The notes below the pieces were generated by a model. That model ran no database searches. It was not told where the DNA came from and worked only from the letters and a program-made list of their open reading frames with translations. A program made the translations under genes and the position numbers. A stretch of DNA of 49,145 nt from Octopus sinensis (Eukaryota), in assembly GCF_006345805.1 (NCBI RefSeq), contig NW_021834377.1, positions 1-49,145 of the forward strand, given 5' to 3'. The first letter of the stretch is position 1. The number at the start of each line of letters is the position of its first letter. Below are positions 11,713 to 24,300 of the stretch, piece by piece.

Positions 11713-11991
11713 GCACACTTCTTTCTGAGTCTTTTCTTCCTCTTCCCACCTCATTCCTAACCTTATCTTCTTTTCTTTCTCCCACTTTTTCTCTAATAGC
11801 TGAAAGTGTTATTGACAGGCTAAGTAACATAATGACATGCAGAATTATTATAAGATCACCTTTCTCTACTTCTTCTTCACTCCTCCATCCCTATCATGCC
11901 TACTCCACTACATAACAAAAGTATACCAGTTGGAGAGAGAGAAGCTGGTTATATATTTATATATATCTATCTATTTATATATATATATATA

Positions 11992-12110
11992 GGGAGAGTT
12001 TACGAAAAAAACAAACAGTTGTATTAGTATAGTGCTCAGGAATAGAAAAAGTCTTTTACGTTTCGAGCCTTTGCTCTTCTACAGAAAGGAACACAGAAAA
12101 AACGAGGATA
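11992..12110 (-). repeat. Short insertion resembling a Penelope-like terminal-repeat fragment with a hammerhead-like core
   Basis: Flanked by (TA)n; minus strand contains CTGTAGAAGAGCAAAGGCTCGAAACGTA; not seen at the homologous position downstream of the other ZNF units. Confidence 0.5.
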
Positions 12111-13030
12111 TATACACATATTATTTTTGCATTAAGTTTGGTTATTTTTTTTTACAGAGTAATTAAATATCACATAAGGAGACTGGATAAAAGTTTGATA
12201 TCATTTATTCAGCATTACATGTGTTTCATTTCCTAATAGGAATCACAAACTTTTAGATGAAGAGAAAACATGTAAAATATTTCCTATAAGAAATTCTCCA
12301 GACATACATATGTGTGTGTGTACGCTTGTCCAGATGTGATGTTTGTAAATGACCGTCATACAAATGCAGTTGGTCATTTCCAGTCTTCTGTGTCGAATAC
12401 GTCTCACCATGGAAAACGTTTCCTTGCTTGGAAACATTTGGGGATTGGCAACAGGAAAGGTACCCGGGTGAAGAGAATCTCCATCAATGAAGTCCGTGTG
12501 ATAGACAGAAGCATGAATAACTGAATTTTAAAGGATGATGATTTACCACAGATACGACAGTGATATGGTTTCTCCAGTGTATGAATACACTTCTGTTTAG
12601 TTAGGCAACTACTAAGAGAATGATTTACCATACATGGCACAGTGGTATTCCTTGTCTCCTGTATGGGTATATTTCTGAATATCTAAGCCAGTGCTTTTCA
12701 ACCTTTTTGCTGCAGTGGAACCACAGGGAAACATTCCAATGGCTCGAGGAACCCCTGTGCAATAATTTAATTGTCTTATGCACACATATCTGCACAGGAG
12801 AATTAAAAATTACTGTCGATTTTAGCATTTTTGTAACTTCTTGCGGAACCCCTGGACCGTACTGGCGGAACCCTTAGGTTCCACGGAACTCTGGTCGAAA
12901 ACCACTGATCTAAGCAGTAAGTACAAGAGAATGATCTACTACAGACATGACATTGATATGGTTTCTCCTCTGTATGAACCCATGTTGAGTAGTTAAGTTA
13001 CTTCTTTGATAGAATGATTTGCCACTGATA

Positions 13031-13783
13031 TCACGGGGAGGTTTTCTCCACTGCATGAATACGCTTGTGTCTAGTTAGGAAACTGCTAACAGAGAATGAT
13101 TTATCACAGATGTCACAGTGATATGGCTTCTCCCCTGTATGAACCCTTGAGTAAGTAGTAAAGTTACCTCTGTGATAGAATGATTCACCACAGATATCAC
13201 AGGAATATGGTTTCTCCCCTGTATGAATACGTTTGTGTTGAGCTAAGCTACCGTTTTCAGAGAAAGATTTACCACATAAATCACAGTGATATGGTTTCTC
13301 TCCTGTATGGATACATTTATGACGAGTTAAGCTACTGCCAACAGAGAATGATTTACCACAGATATCACAGGGATAAGGTTTCTCTCCTGTATGGATACAT
13401 CTGTGTTGAGCTAAGCTACCATTTTCAGAGAAAGATTTACCACATAAATCACAGTGATATGGTTTCTCTCCTGTATGGATACATTTATGACGAGTTAAGC
13501 TACTGCCAACAGAGAATGATTTACCACAGATATCACACTGATAGGGTTTCTTCCCTATATGAAGCTGTTTGTGAGTAGCTAAGCTACCTCTTCGACTGAA
13601 TGATTTACCACAGATATCACATTTGTATGGTTGTTCCCCTGTATGAATTTGTTTGTGTTGACTGAATTTACTTTCTTCTAGGAATGACTCTTTGCAGATG
13701 TCACAGTCATACGATGATTTTCTTAATTCTTCAGACATCTCTTCAAGAAAAATAAAATGAATCCTTAAAGTTTTACACTTCAA
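13031..13783 (-). CDS. C2H2 zinc-finger protein ZNF-1, 8 fingers (one with His-to-Tyr)
   Basis: CxxC...H...H repeats with TGEKPY linkers; ATG start as [11 protein letters not shown]; decayed fingers continue to about 12480. Confidence 0.85.
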   Translation of the reverse strand: MKCKTLRIHFIFLEEMSEELRKSSYDCDICKESFLEESKFSQHKQIHTGEQPYKCDICGKSFSRRGSLATHKQLHIGKKPYQCDICGKSFSVGSSLTRHKCIHTGEKPYHCDLCGKSFSENGSLAQHRCIHTGEKPYPCDICGKSFSVGSSLTRHKCIHTGEKPYHCDLCGKSFSENGSLAQHKRIHTGEKPYSCDICGESFYHRGNFTTYSRVHTGEKPYHCDICDKSFSVSSFLTRHKRIHAVEKTSP

Positions 13784-14582
13784 TAAATTTTCAAAAATAT
13801 TTCTCTTCCCACCAAAATATATTGATATTTTTCTTCTTTTTGTTTTTATAGTTTATTCCAAACAAATATCACTTTTCTTCTAAATGTGATCTTAATATTT
13901 AGAAATGCTACAAATACCTTTGTAAATCCATCAAAGTATATTTAAAAGAGAAAATTATCTCTTGCACATTTCAGACACAGAAGTAAAGAAATGCTTTCTC
14001 TCTCTCAGAGGAAATATTTTACTGTAACTCAGCAATGTTTTCTAGAAGCAGGATTATACGTTTGTAGAATATCTTTGCAGAGTCTTTCAAACATGATACA
14101 TATTGATGATTCTTTAAAAGTAAAAGATACTTTTTAGCCAATTTCATGTGATTTTTCTGAAAGAATAGAAAAAATAATATAAGACAAGTATGTTTAAAAG
14201 GCAGATATTCAAAAGTGCAAATTTACGACATTTCTGTTTTCATAAATTGTAGAAGTAATTCTTTATCTGAACTATTAAATTTATCCCATCTCTCTGTTTT
14301 CAAGAGGTTTATATCACAGACATATCTATCGTAATAACACCTCCTGGACATTGCGTCTGTCCTAGACACACACCAATATACATGTCAATGACACTAGATA
14401 TCTGATGGTTTCACCTCAGTCATGTGTCGTATTAACACAGCTTTGTTTGGTAACATAGACATCACTCCTCCTCTGCCTCATTCTGTACATTCGTTAATAC
14501 ACAAATACATAGATACGGGCAGCTTAATGTCAATATTTTGTTGAGGATGAAACAGGGAGAAAAGTCAGTAAAGAATCAACAT

Positions 14583-14758
14583 TCTTTTCTACTCTAAGGC
14601 ACAAAGCTCGAAGTTTTTGAGGAAGGGCCAGTCAATTAGATTGATCCCAGTACACAACTCGTACTTAACTTATCGACCCCGAAAGGATGAAGGGCAAAAT
14701 CGACCTTGGCGGAATTTGAACTGAGAACGTAAAGACAGACAAAATACTGCTAAGCACG
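14583..14758 (-). mobile_element. tRNA-derived SINE
   Basis: Minus strand has the B-box-like GTTCAAATTCCGCC, then GTCGA..TTTGCC..TTCATCCTTTCGGGGTCGAT; second copy at 44467-44636. Confidence 0.8.
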
Positions 14759-14789
14759 TTATTTTGTATTTTTATCCGTGCTATCTTTA

Positions 14790-15065
14790 TTGTTTTTACG
14801 TACTTTTGAAATTTTTTTTCGAGTAACATCGTCCGTTTTTCCGTCACCGTGTTGTATACTTTCGAGGTTTTCTTCCAAGGAATCTAATGCGATTGGCTTA
14901 GATTTCCCTTGGCGGGCTGCCCAGATTGGAGCAATCTCAAGATTAATCAGCCGAAATTGCGAAGATGATCTGGTTCTTGACTGATGACTGAGATCTTCGA
15001 AAGTCCCGTCTATGTGTTTTTTTGTCGTCTTCAAAATGTTTCACGTTCTTGTCCCAGTTTGTGTT
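14790..15065. repeat. Interspersed repeat of uncertain class (possibly Penelope-like terminal repeat)
   Basis: Homologous in the same orientation to about 38640-38800, including an identical CAGATTGGAGCAATCTCAAGATTAATCAGCCGAAATTGCGA block. Confidence 0.55.
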
Positions 15066-16149
15066 TTTTTAACGTTTACCTATATATGTATATATATATA
15101 TATATACATATATACATATATAAACACGGTAGAAGTAAAGACCTGAACCCTTCGAAGGGATGTTTAGCATCAAAGTTCCTGAGGAAAATCCTAATTTGTA
15201 ATTTCAAAAGGATTATATTTTCCTCAAAGTTACGAGGGAAAAACTCGGATCTTGTGAATTATCCGACGTCCTCTCCCCACCCCCTTGGAAAAGGTTTTCC
15301 CCACAAATTTCTATATAATCTTAATCTATACCGTCTGAATGGTATTTATATAAAATTTCATTTTTAAAAACTCATTTTGAAGTTATGAGGGAAAAGCATT
15401 GGATCTTGTGAATTTTCCGAAGGCCTCACCCCACCCCCGTTGCTTTCTGGGCCTTTTTGTTCTCATATTCGTTCCCTACCCTCTTTTTTTTTACACCGGT
15501 TCCACTTTTTTCTTTCCATTTCGTTCCCGGGTAATAATGTCAACATACAAGGATGTATATAAAGCTAATTCCGTAAAAATCTATGTGTATATGTTTATAT
15601 ATATATATTGTATGTATTTATACATGCATAAGTTTCGAAAGATATTAGAATAACGAAATAAAAGTCAGTCATAATAACAGATCTCCCCCAAATCTATTTC
15701 CTTAATTTTTAACGGCGATAGTAAAGAATATGTACACCCGGTCTTTAGGGTTGGTTTTAGTTAGGCCGAAAACGGGTGGTGGACTCGTTCTTTACCTCCG
15801 ACATTTTTAAACCGTTTCTAGCACGCATAAAAATTTTGGCCCATATTTTGGCAATTTGGATTTTGAAGTATTTAAAACAAGGTAAAAAAGAAACGAATTC
15901 AACTCCTTCGTTTGCAAATTTTGGGGCGCTGTGGAACCCCACCAAAGACTATTGAGGCACGGCAGCAAGGTTACAGCGTTATAACGGGTGGTGCGCTGGA
16001 ACAAACCAAGCACCCTCATGAGGTTCACCAGTTAAAACTAGGAATTAAAAAAGAAAAACAGTGGAAAGTTTTGGAATTAGGATGGAGGGAGTTGGTTAAA
16101 AAATTTTCTTTTATTCTTTCTTTTGCATAATCGTATTAATTCCATTAAG

Positions 16150-16517
16150 CAGAAGACAAACGAAAAAATTTTAAACTTCGTATCCTGGTAGAATCTGTTT
16201 ATAAAACATCTTTTTCTCTTGGCTTTATTGAGAAAATTCTACAGTTTGTAAGATATTTGTTGTTTTTTCTTCAATTTCTGCAATTTCAACCAATCAATGA
16301 AATCTATTGAGTTAAAAAAACATTCTGTGCCGTATGAATATGTCCCTCGTTTAAGAAACAGAGTGGGGTTATTTACATTTGTGAAGAAAAAAAGATACCC
16401 TTCCCACCACCCCTAAAACAGATTGAAATGCAATAGATCGATACTAGGGTCATAATTATGGGTGACAATTTCATATGACGCCGCTAGAAAAAACTGCCTG
16501 TCAAACAGAAAAGATCC
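16150..16517 (+). mobile_element. MITE (GGATC-TIR family), left end truncated
   Basis: Matches 37721-38130 internally and ends in the right TIR AAAAACTGCCTGTCAAACAGAAAAGATCC. Confidence 0.8.
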
Positions 16518-16639
16518 AATATTTGTTCTTACAAGCTTCGTGTGCATGTGAAATCTCGTTTTCTTCTTTTACAGATTTTACCTACACATATGAACAATGG
16601 CCCAGCAACAAAATTTGCTAATGGAGTGCAAACCCAGGT

Positions 16640-16995
16640 CCTAATTTTTTAAATGAAAAATGTGGATTTTTCCAATGTTATCACATGTCATACACAACAC
16701 TGCATTTGCCATTACCCTCCTCCCACAGACACCACATGGATCCACCTTACTCACCAACACTTCTCCTTCCACCCCACTCACTATCACCTTTCTCTCCCCA
16801 AGGTTTACCTTCAAACCCTTGCTTTCAAATGCCTCCTTCCATTTCCAAAACTTCTCTCTCATCAGAACAAGGTCATCTGCATACAGTATCTCTATTTACA
16901 GTCTCTTTCTTGCATTCTCCTTCTCCACATCAACCACTATTGCAAACAACAATGGTGACAACACAGATCCCTGATGCACACCAACTTTCACCACA
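16640..16995 (-). mobile_element. RTE-clade LINE RT fragment
   Basis: VGVHQGSVLSPLLFAIVVDV, LYADDL and WKEAFESKGLKVN pieces; paralogous fragment at 37265-37528 (+). Confidence 0.8.
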
Positions 16996-17025
16996 AACAA
17001 GCTGGTTACTATATATATATATATA

Positions 17026-17511
17026 CCGTAAATCCTCGAGTATAGTCCGCCCTTGAGTATAACACCTAAACCTTGTGTATAATACACACCCCTTCTCTAA
17101 CTTGAGTCGTACGTAATTAAGCCAGCAGCACCTAGTCAAACAAACACTTCCACGCATGCGTAATAAAATAATGGTGATGTTTTTAACTGTTATATGGGAA
17201 TGTAAATATGTTTGCAAATTGTTTTTGTTACATGTTATTCTGTGTTCTGAATACTTTTATTTTAATAAATGTTGCTTATTGCAAGTTATGGATGATTATT
17301 TTATGACTTCATTGCTTTCAGGCTTAGCGTAAGGCATTTTCGCGCCCGACATCACAAAATGTGTCTGAATAAGCATTGCCTGACAGCAAATAGAGACTCG
17401 GACATTGCTTAGAAAATATTTTTCATTTTTAACCTCGTATATAGTACGCACTAGGGATTTTGACCGATAAATTTTGGGAAAACAATGCGGATTATACTCA
17501 AGGATTTACGG
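17026..17511. mobile_element. Tc1/mariner-pogo-type MITE
   Basis: TIRs CCGTAAATCCTCGAGTATA ... TATACTCAAGGATTTACGG flanked by TA. Confidence 0.85.
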
Positions 17512-18294
17512 TATACATATATATTATTTTTGTGGGTGGTTTGGATGATGTTTTTTGCAGAGTAATTACATAACACATAAGGACAGTGGAGAAAAGTTTG
17601 ATATTATTTATTCAGCATTACATGTGTTTCATTTCCTAATAGGAATTAGAAACTTTTAGATGCGTAGAAAACATGTAAGATATTTCCTATAAGAAAATCT
17701 TCAGATACACATAAGTGTTTGTGTGTGTACCCTTGTCGAGATATTATGTGGTGTCTGTAAATGGCCATCATGACCGTCATACTTGTGTAGTTGTTCATTT
17801 CCAGTCTTCTGTGTAAAATATGTCTCACCAGGGAAAATATTTCCTTGCTTGGAAACAGGGAAGGTATCAATGAATTCAATCTGATCCATAGAAGAATGTA
17901 AAAGTGAATGTTAAATGATGAGGATCATCATCATCGTAGTGATATGGTTCCTCTTCTGTTTGAATTCATTTATGTTATAATTGATCATTATCAGATATCT
18001 TAGGGTATGGCATATTCTTCATATTAACAGGACTGTGTATAATTAATTCACCATTTTGAAAGAATGATTCAAGTTTAACATCAGTGATATGTTTTCCTTC
18101 CTCAGTCAATGCTCTTTCGATTCAATAATGGATGATTTCATGTCAAAGATTTACCATAGATGTCACATTCATATAGTTTCTATATTCTGTGGATGTCTTT
18201 ATAAGATACGTCCTTTGTCCTTCTGAGGAAATGTTATACAACAAATATCACCATGTTACGGACCCACTTCATAAGGAAAGACGTGTTTAAATCA

Positions 18295-18429
<135 letters not shown>

Positions 18430-18463
18430 CTACCCTGTATGAATACGTCTGTGTTCAGTTAGG

Positions 18464-19819
<1,356 letters not shown>

Positions 19820-20397
19820 TCAAGTTGTAAAGATCAACAACTTTTCAATACTAATTCTCCTCTCACCAAAATTTATGGATATTTTTCTTCTTTTTGCTTT
19901 TATAGTTTATTCCAAACAAATATCACTTCTCTTATATTTCTTCTAAATGTGATCAATGCCAATATTTAAAAATGTTGCAAATACTCTTTGGAAATCTATC
20001 AAAGTATATTTAAAAGAGAAAATTATCTCTTGCACATTTCAGACACAGAACTAAAGAAATGCTTTCTCTCTCAGAGGAAATATTTTACTGTAACTCAGCA
20101 ATGTTTTATAGAAGCAGGATTATACGTTTGTAGAATATCTTTGCAGAGTCTTTCAAACATGATACATATTGATGATTCTTTAAAAGTAAAAAGTACTTTT
20201 TAGCCAATTTCATGTGATTTTCTGAAAGAATAGAAAAAATAATATAAGACTTAAAGCATGTTTAAAAGGCAGATATTCAAAAGTGCAAATTTACGACATT
20301 TCTGTTTTCATAAATTGTAGAAGTAATTCTTTATCTGAACTATTATATTTATCCCATCTCTCTGTTTTCAAGTCTATTTATCCCATCTCTCTGTTTT

Positions 20398-21262
20398 CGG
20401 TCTTTTGGTAACAGTGTTCCCCAATCTGGAAAGTAATTATGCAGACATCAATTGGCTCGGTGAAAGAACCATCCTGGCCCCACAAAACGTAGGTGTCAGT
20501 GCTATCAATGACCAGCTCATATGACGAATTCCGGGTGAGGAGTACATCTACAAATCAATTGACCGGACGTCTGACCCCGAAGGCATTGTCATTTACCCTA
20601 ACGAGTTTCTCAACTCATTGGAGCTAGCAGGGCTTCCACCTCACATTGTTAGGCTAAGGGTTGGATGCCCAATTAGGCTAATCAGAAACTTACTTCCGCC
20701 TAAACAGTGCAACAGGACCAACTTAGTAATCAAGTCCCTTACGCCCCACTTGACTGAGGCCACCATTGTTACAGGGTGCAGGAGGGGTGAAAGTGTTTTC
20801 ATTTCAAGGATGCAGCTTTATCCCCCCACGGTCAGACATGCCGGTCAAGTTCTGCAGATTGCAATGTCCGGTGAGACCATGCTTCACCATGTCCATCAAC
20901 AAATCCCAAGGCCAAACACCATCGATTTCGGGTTATCCATTCAATGAGGATAATTAATTGGCTAAAATTGGCTACACCCCATTTTCAACCATAACTTTTA
21001 CCAATTTTGACATATTTTGCTCAAACTCGATGCCAGCATTACTTAGGACTCATGGGATCTTTGAATGCTTTATGTTCTCAAAAAAAAAAAACCATTAGTA
21101 GAAATAATCGATAAACTGATTCCTTATGGTATTTCCCAATCAAATTGCCTGCGATCCCAATTTCAGCAGATTTCGCACGAATGTGATGTCCTTGTCACTT
21201 ATTTTGGTTTGAAATAAATCACTTCATCACTTAATGATCCGAATTTAATACCGAGCAACTCA
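20398..21262 (+). mobile_element. Helitron remnant, duplicate of 10552-11464 (inverted)
   Basis: ORFs 20618-20947 and 20766-20957 match 10907-11245; the 3' hairpin is partly deleted. Confidence 0.85.
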
Positions 21263-21314
21263 AATATATATCAGTAAAGCCGTTGATATTTCAAGACAAC
21301 AGTTAGTTCCCTTG

Positions 21315-24300
21315 AACTTTCATCTGCGTTTTGAGAAATTTGCTGCCTTTTGTTGAGAGAGTTCGACTTTTTGCTCATCGTTGTTTGTTGTTAATTGTTA
21401 ATTGAACAGTGCCCGTTGTGTAACGGTAATTTTCGCCCTACGGGGCACAAAATTCTCTGTTTAAAATTGTTATTACCTTCGAGGTAATTTTTGAAACATT
21501 TTTGAGAAATGGATTTCGACTTGGCGTCGAAGAATGATTTTCCCGCGATGGGAACAAGTGAATTAAAGGACACTGAAGTAAAAAAACAGTCTTTTTCGGC
21601 CGCGGTAGGCGGAACCATGATGGACGTTGAATTCAAGATCGAACAACTATTCGAATTTCGGAACTTAGTAAAAATAGAAGGAAACGAAATCAAACTTGTA
21701 CCGCCGCAAGCGAAGGTACAGGAAATAAAGGAAAAGACAGTTATATACAAAGTGTATAGCTACAAAGAAAAAAATATCATGGACGTCAGAAACGAGATAG
21801 TCGAAAAGTGCTTGTCCCCGGTGTGGGACAAAATTCGCCATGTCGTTCGAGGAGCTCGCAGCGCTACTGTTGAAGCACATTTTGACTCGGCTGAGGTAGC
21901 AAGAGAGGTGTCATCAATGACCCTGAAAAATGATGATATCATGTTGCTACCCTCGTATATGGGAAAAAGAACAGCTAAACTGCTGGTAGAGGACATACCG
22001 AGAGGGTATGACAATGTGGGTAGCAGCGGCGGTCCTGCACAATGTAGAGCGGGAAGTTTCGATTCTGCAGATGAGAAGGAAAGAGGAGGTACGCTGGAAG
22101 GGACAGACGCTGGAATTCCTCGTTCAGGCAGAAAACAAGATATTGGAGAACCTGCCCGATAGGATATTTAACGAAGATGGAACGTCCATGAGAGTGTCAG
22201 TGGAGGGACGCAGACCTAGGTGCTTTAAATGTGGCGAAAAGGGTCACGTCCGCTTGAACCGCTTAAAAAAAAAGAAAACCAACGAAGCCCCTCCTCAAAG
22301 TGCTTCAAACACTGAAGGGGAGAAGGCGGAAAAAGAAAACAAGACGACGACAAGCAAAGAAACAGAAACGGAGGATTGTATCGTACAAATGGATTACACA
22401 CAGGTGACACACAAAAGAAAAAAAGATAACACCCTGGACTCCCCTCCCCAAACAAGGAAAAAATCAGCAAGCACTGCAGACATACACACAAAGCAAATTC
22501 CCCAGCCCTACCCCCACGGCACTGTATTCATTGGAAAACAGTTCGCCAAGCCCCTCCCCATAAAACAAGATGTGTAAAAGTCTTTAAAAAAATGATAAGA
22601 TCATTGCTTTTGATGAAAAAAACGAAAGGGTATATAAATACTATAAATTTTCAAAATTTAAACTATTTAGCAAGGCTACAGACATAAAAGCAACCACTCG
22701 CTTCGCAAAAATAAAGGAAGACGAGTGGAAGGAGGAAATACTACAAGAACATCTAAAGAATAGACTGATAAGAGACGTAACAAAGGAAGTACTGGAGGGT
22801 AAACTTGTTATAACGCCGGCAACCACACCTACCCAGAGCCCGGTGGCAACGCCGGTTAAGAGCCCTGCAGCTACGACCACAAGGGAGGAAGAAGGGGAAG
22901 CGGGCAGATTTAAACTGTCATGCTCCCTTTCTCAACCGTAAGTTCATTTATTTTTCTTTCACCGACAATGGCTAAGCTGGGTTGTGTGAATGTACGTGGA
23001 ATGGGGACGAAATGGAAACAAATTTGTTTCCTGAACGACCTCACGACACATGGAGTGGACATAGCTATTGCAACCGAGTCCAAGATGAACGAGGCCCAAA
23101 CGTTCTCACCTCTTCTAAATGGGTTCGAGAAATTAATTTCTCCTAGCTCGATGAGCCGAGCGTTCCACAGTGGACGTGGAGTAACAACGACGGCTCACAC
23201 AGATCGTATTTAGATAGGATATTTATTAAGAAAAGAGATAAGGATACGTTTAGTTGTCCACAGTTTCACATTGTGCCTTACACGGATCACAAATTTGTGA
23301 CGTGTAGGATGCAATTAGACAAGTGTCATAGACAGGGACCCGGTACTGGAAGCTGAACAAGGCTATTTTGAATTGTGAAGACTTCCGTACCCGGATTAAG
23401 GTGTTAGTACAGAGGGCATTGTGTGGCACCATCATTAACAATAGATGGTGGCACTCCCGCAAAAGAGCCATTCGTTCAGAGTCCATTAGATTTAGCAATC
23501 AGCTAAGGTTAGATAGGTCTAGGATAGAGGACGATTTAATTAAGAATCTAAACGAGGCAATGGAAGCTGGCTCTGCATCCGGAGTGATGGCGGCAAGGAC
23601 GGTATTGTACCGTCACCTTAACTCCAAACACGAAGGTTGCAGAGTCAGAGCTAAGCTACGCGCTGGGAAACGAGAAGGTATTAACGTTGCCGGATGGGCC
23701 CGTCGAGTGGAGAGTCAGAGAGGTAACAAAGCCTCAATCAAGTCTTTAACTGACGAACAGAGACAAAAGATCTATGGACAGGAGGAGATGCAAAAGTTTC
23801 TTCACCAGCATTTCACCCGCGTGTTCGGGGGTGGTGTGGCGCCGGAGCGGGGGAGGACCTTAAAGGACTTCCTGGCCGGCGGGCCGCAGCTCTCGGGGCG
23901 TGAGGTGGAGTGCTGTGAAGAAGCGATCACTCCCGCGGAGATAGAGGGGATACTGGCCGGATGCGCCGGGGAGAAGTCGCCGGGGTTGGATTTGCTGCCC
24001 TACGAGTTTTACCAAAGTATGCCGGACTTGTTCGGGGGAATATTGGCAGGCGTCTACACGAACTGGCAGCAGAATGGGAGAATTCCCAGTTCTGTAAGCC
24101 GGGGAGTGGTGACGCTAATCCAGAAAGACCTGAGCAAGGGGGATAACATTAGTAACTACAGGCCCATAACTCTACTTAATGTAGAGTTAAAGATTTTGGC
24201 CAAGGTGTTGGCAAAAAGGTTGACGGTTGTCGTGGAGAAACTTGTAGGGAGAGCACAGACATGTGCAATTCCAGGCAGGTCGATCCAGGACAATCTTCAC

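Noticed and set aside
13180-13578. Antisense ORFs of the [12 protein letters not shown] type (also 18505, 29402-30301, 42314)
   Set aside because: Shadows of the finger repeat on the opposite strand.
14981-15005. CTGATGA...GAAA hammerhead-like core
   Set aside because: No convincing stem I, II or III, and not conserved in the 38640-38800 copy.
19988-20203. 71-aa antisense ORF repeated at 43236-43451
   Set aside because: TTG start; frameshifted by a CT-repeat length change in units 1 and 4, so not conserved as coding.
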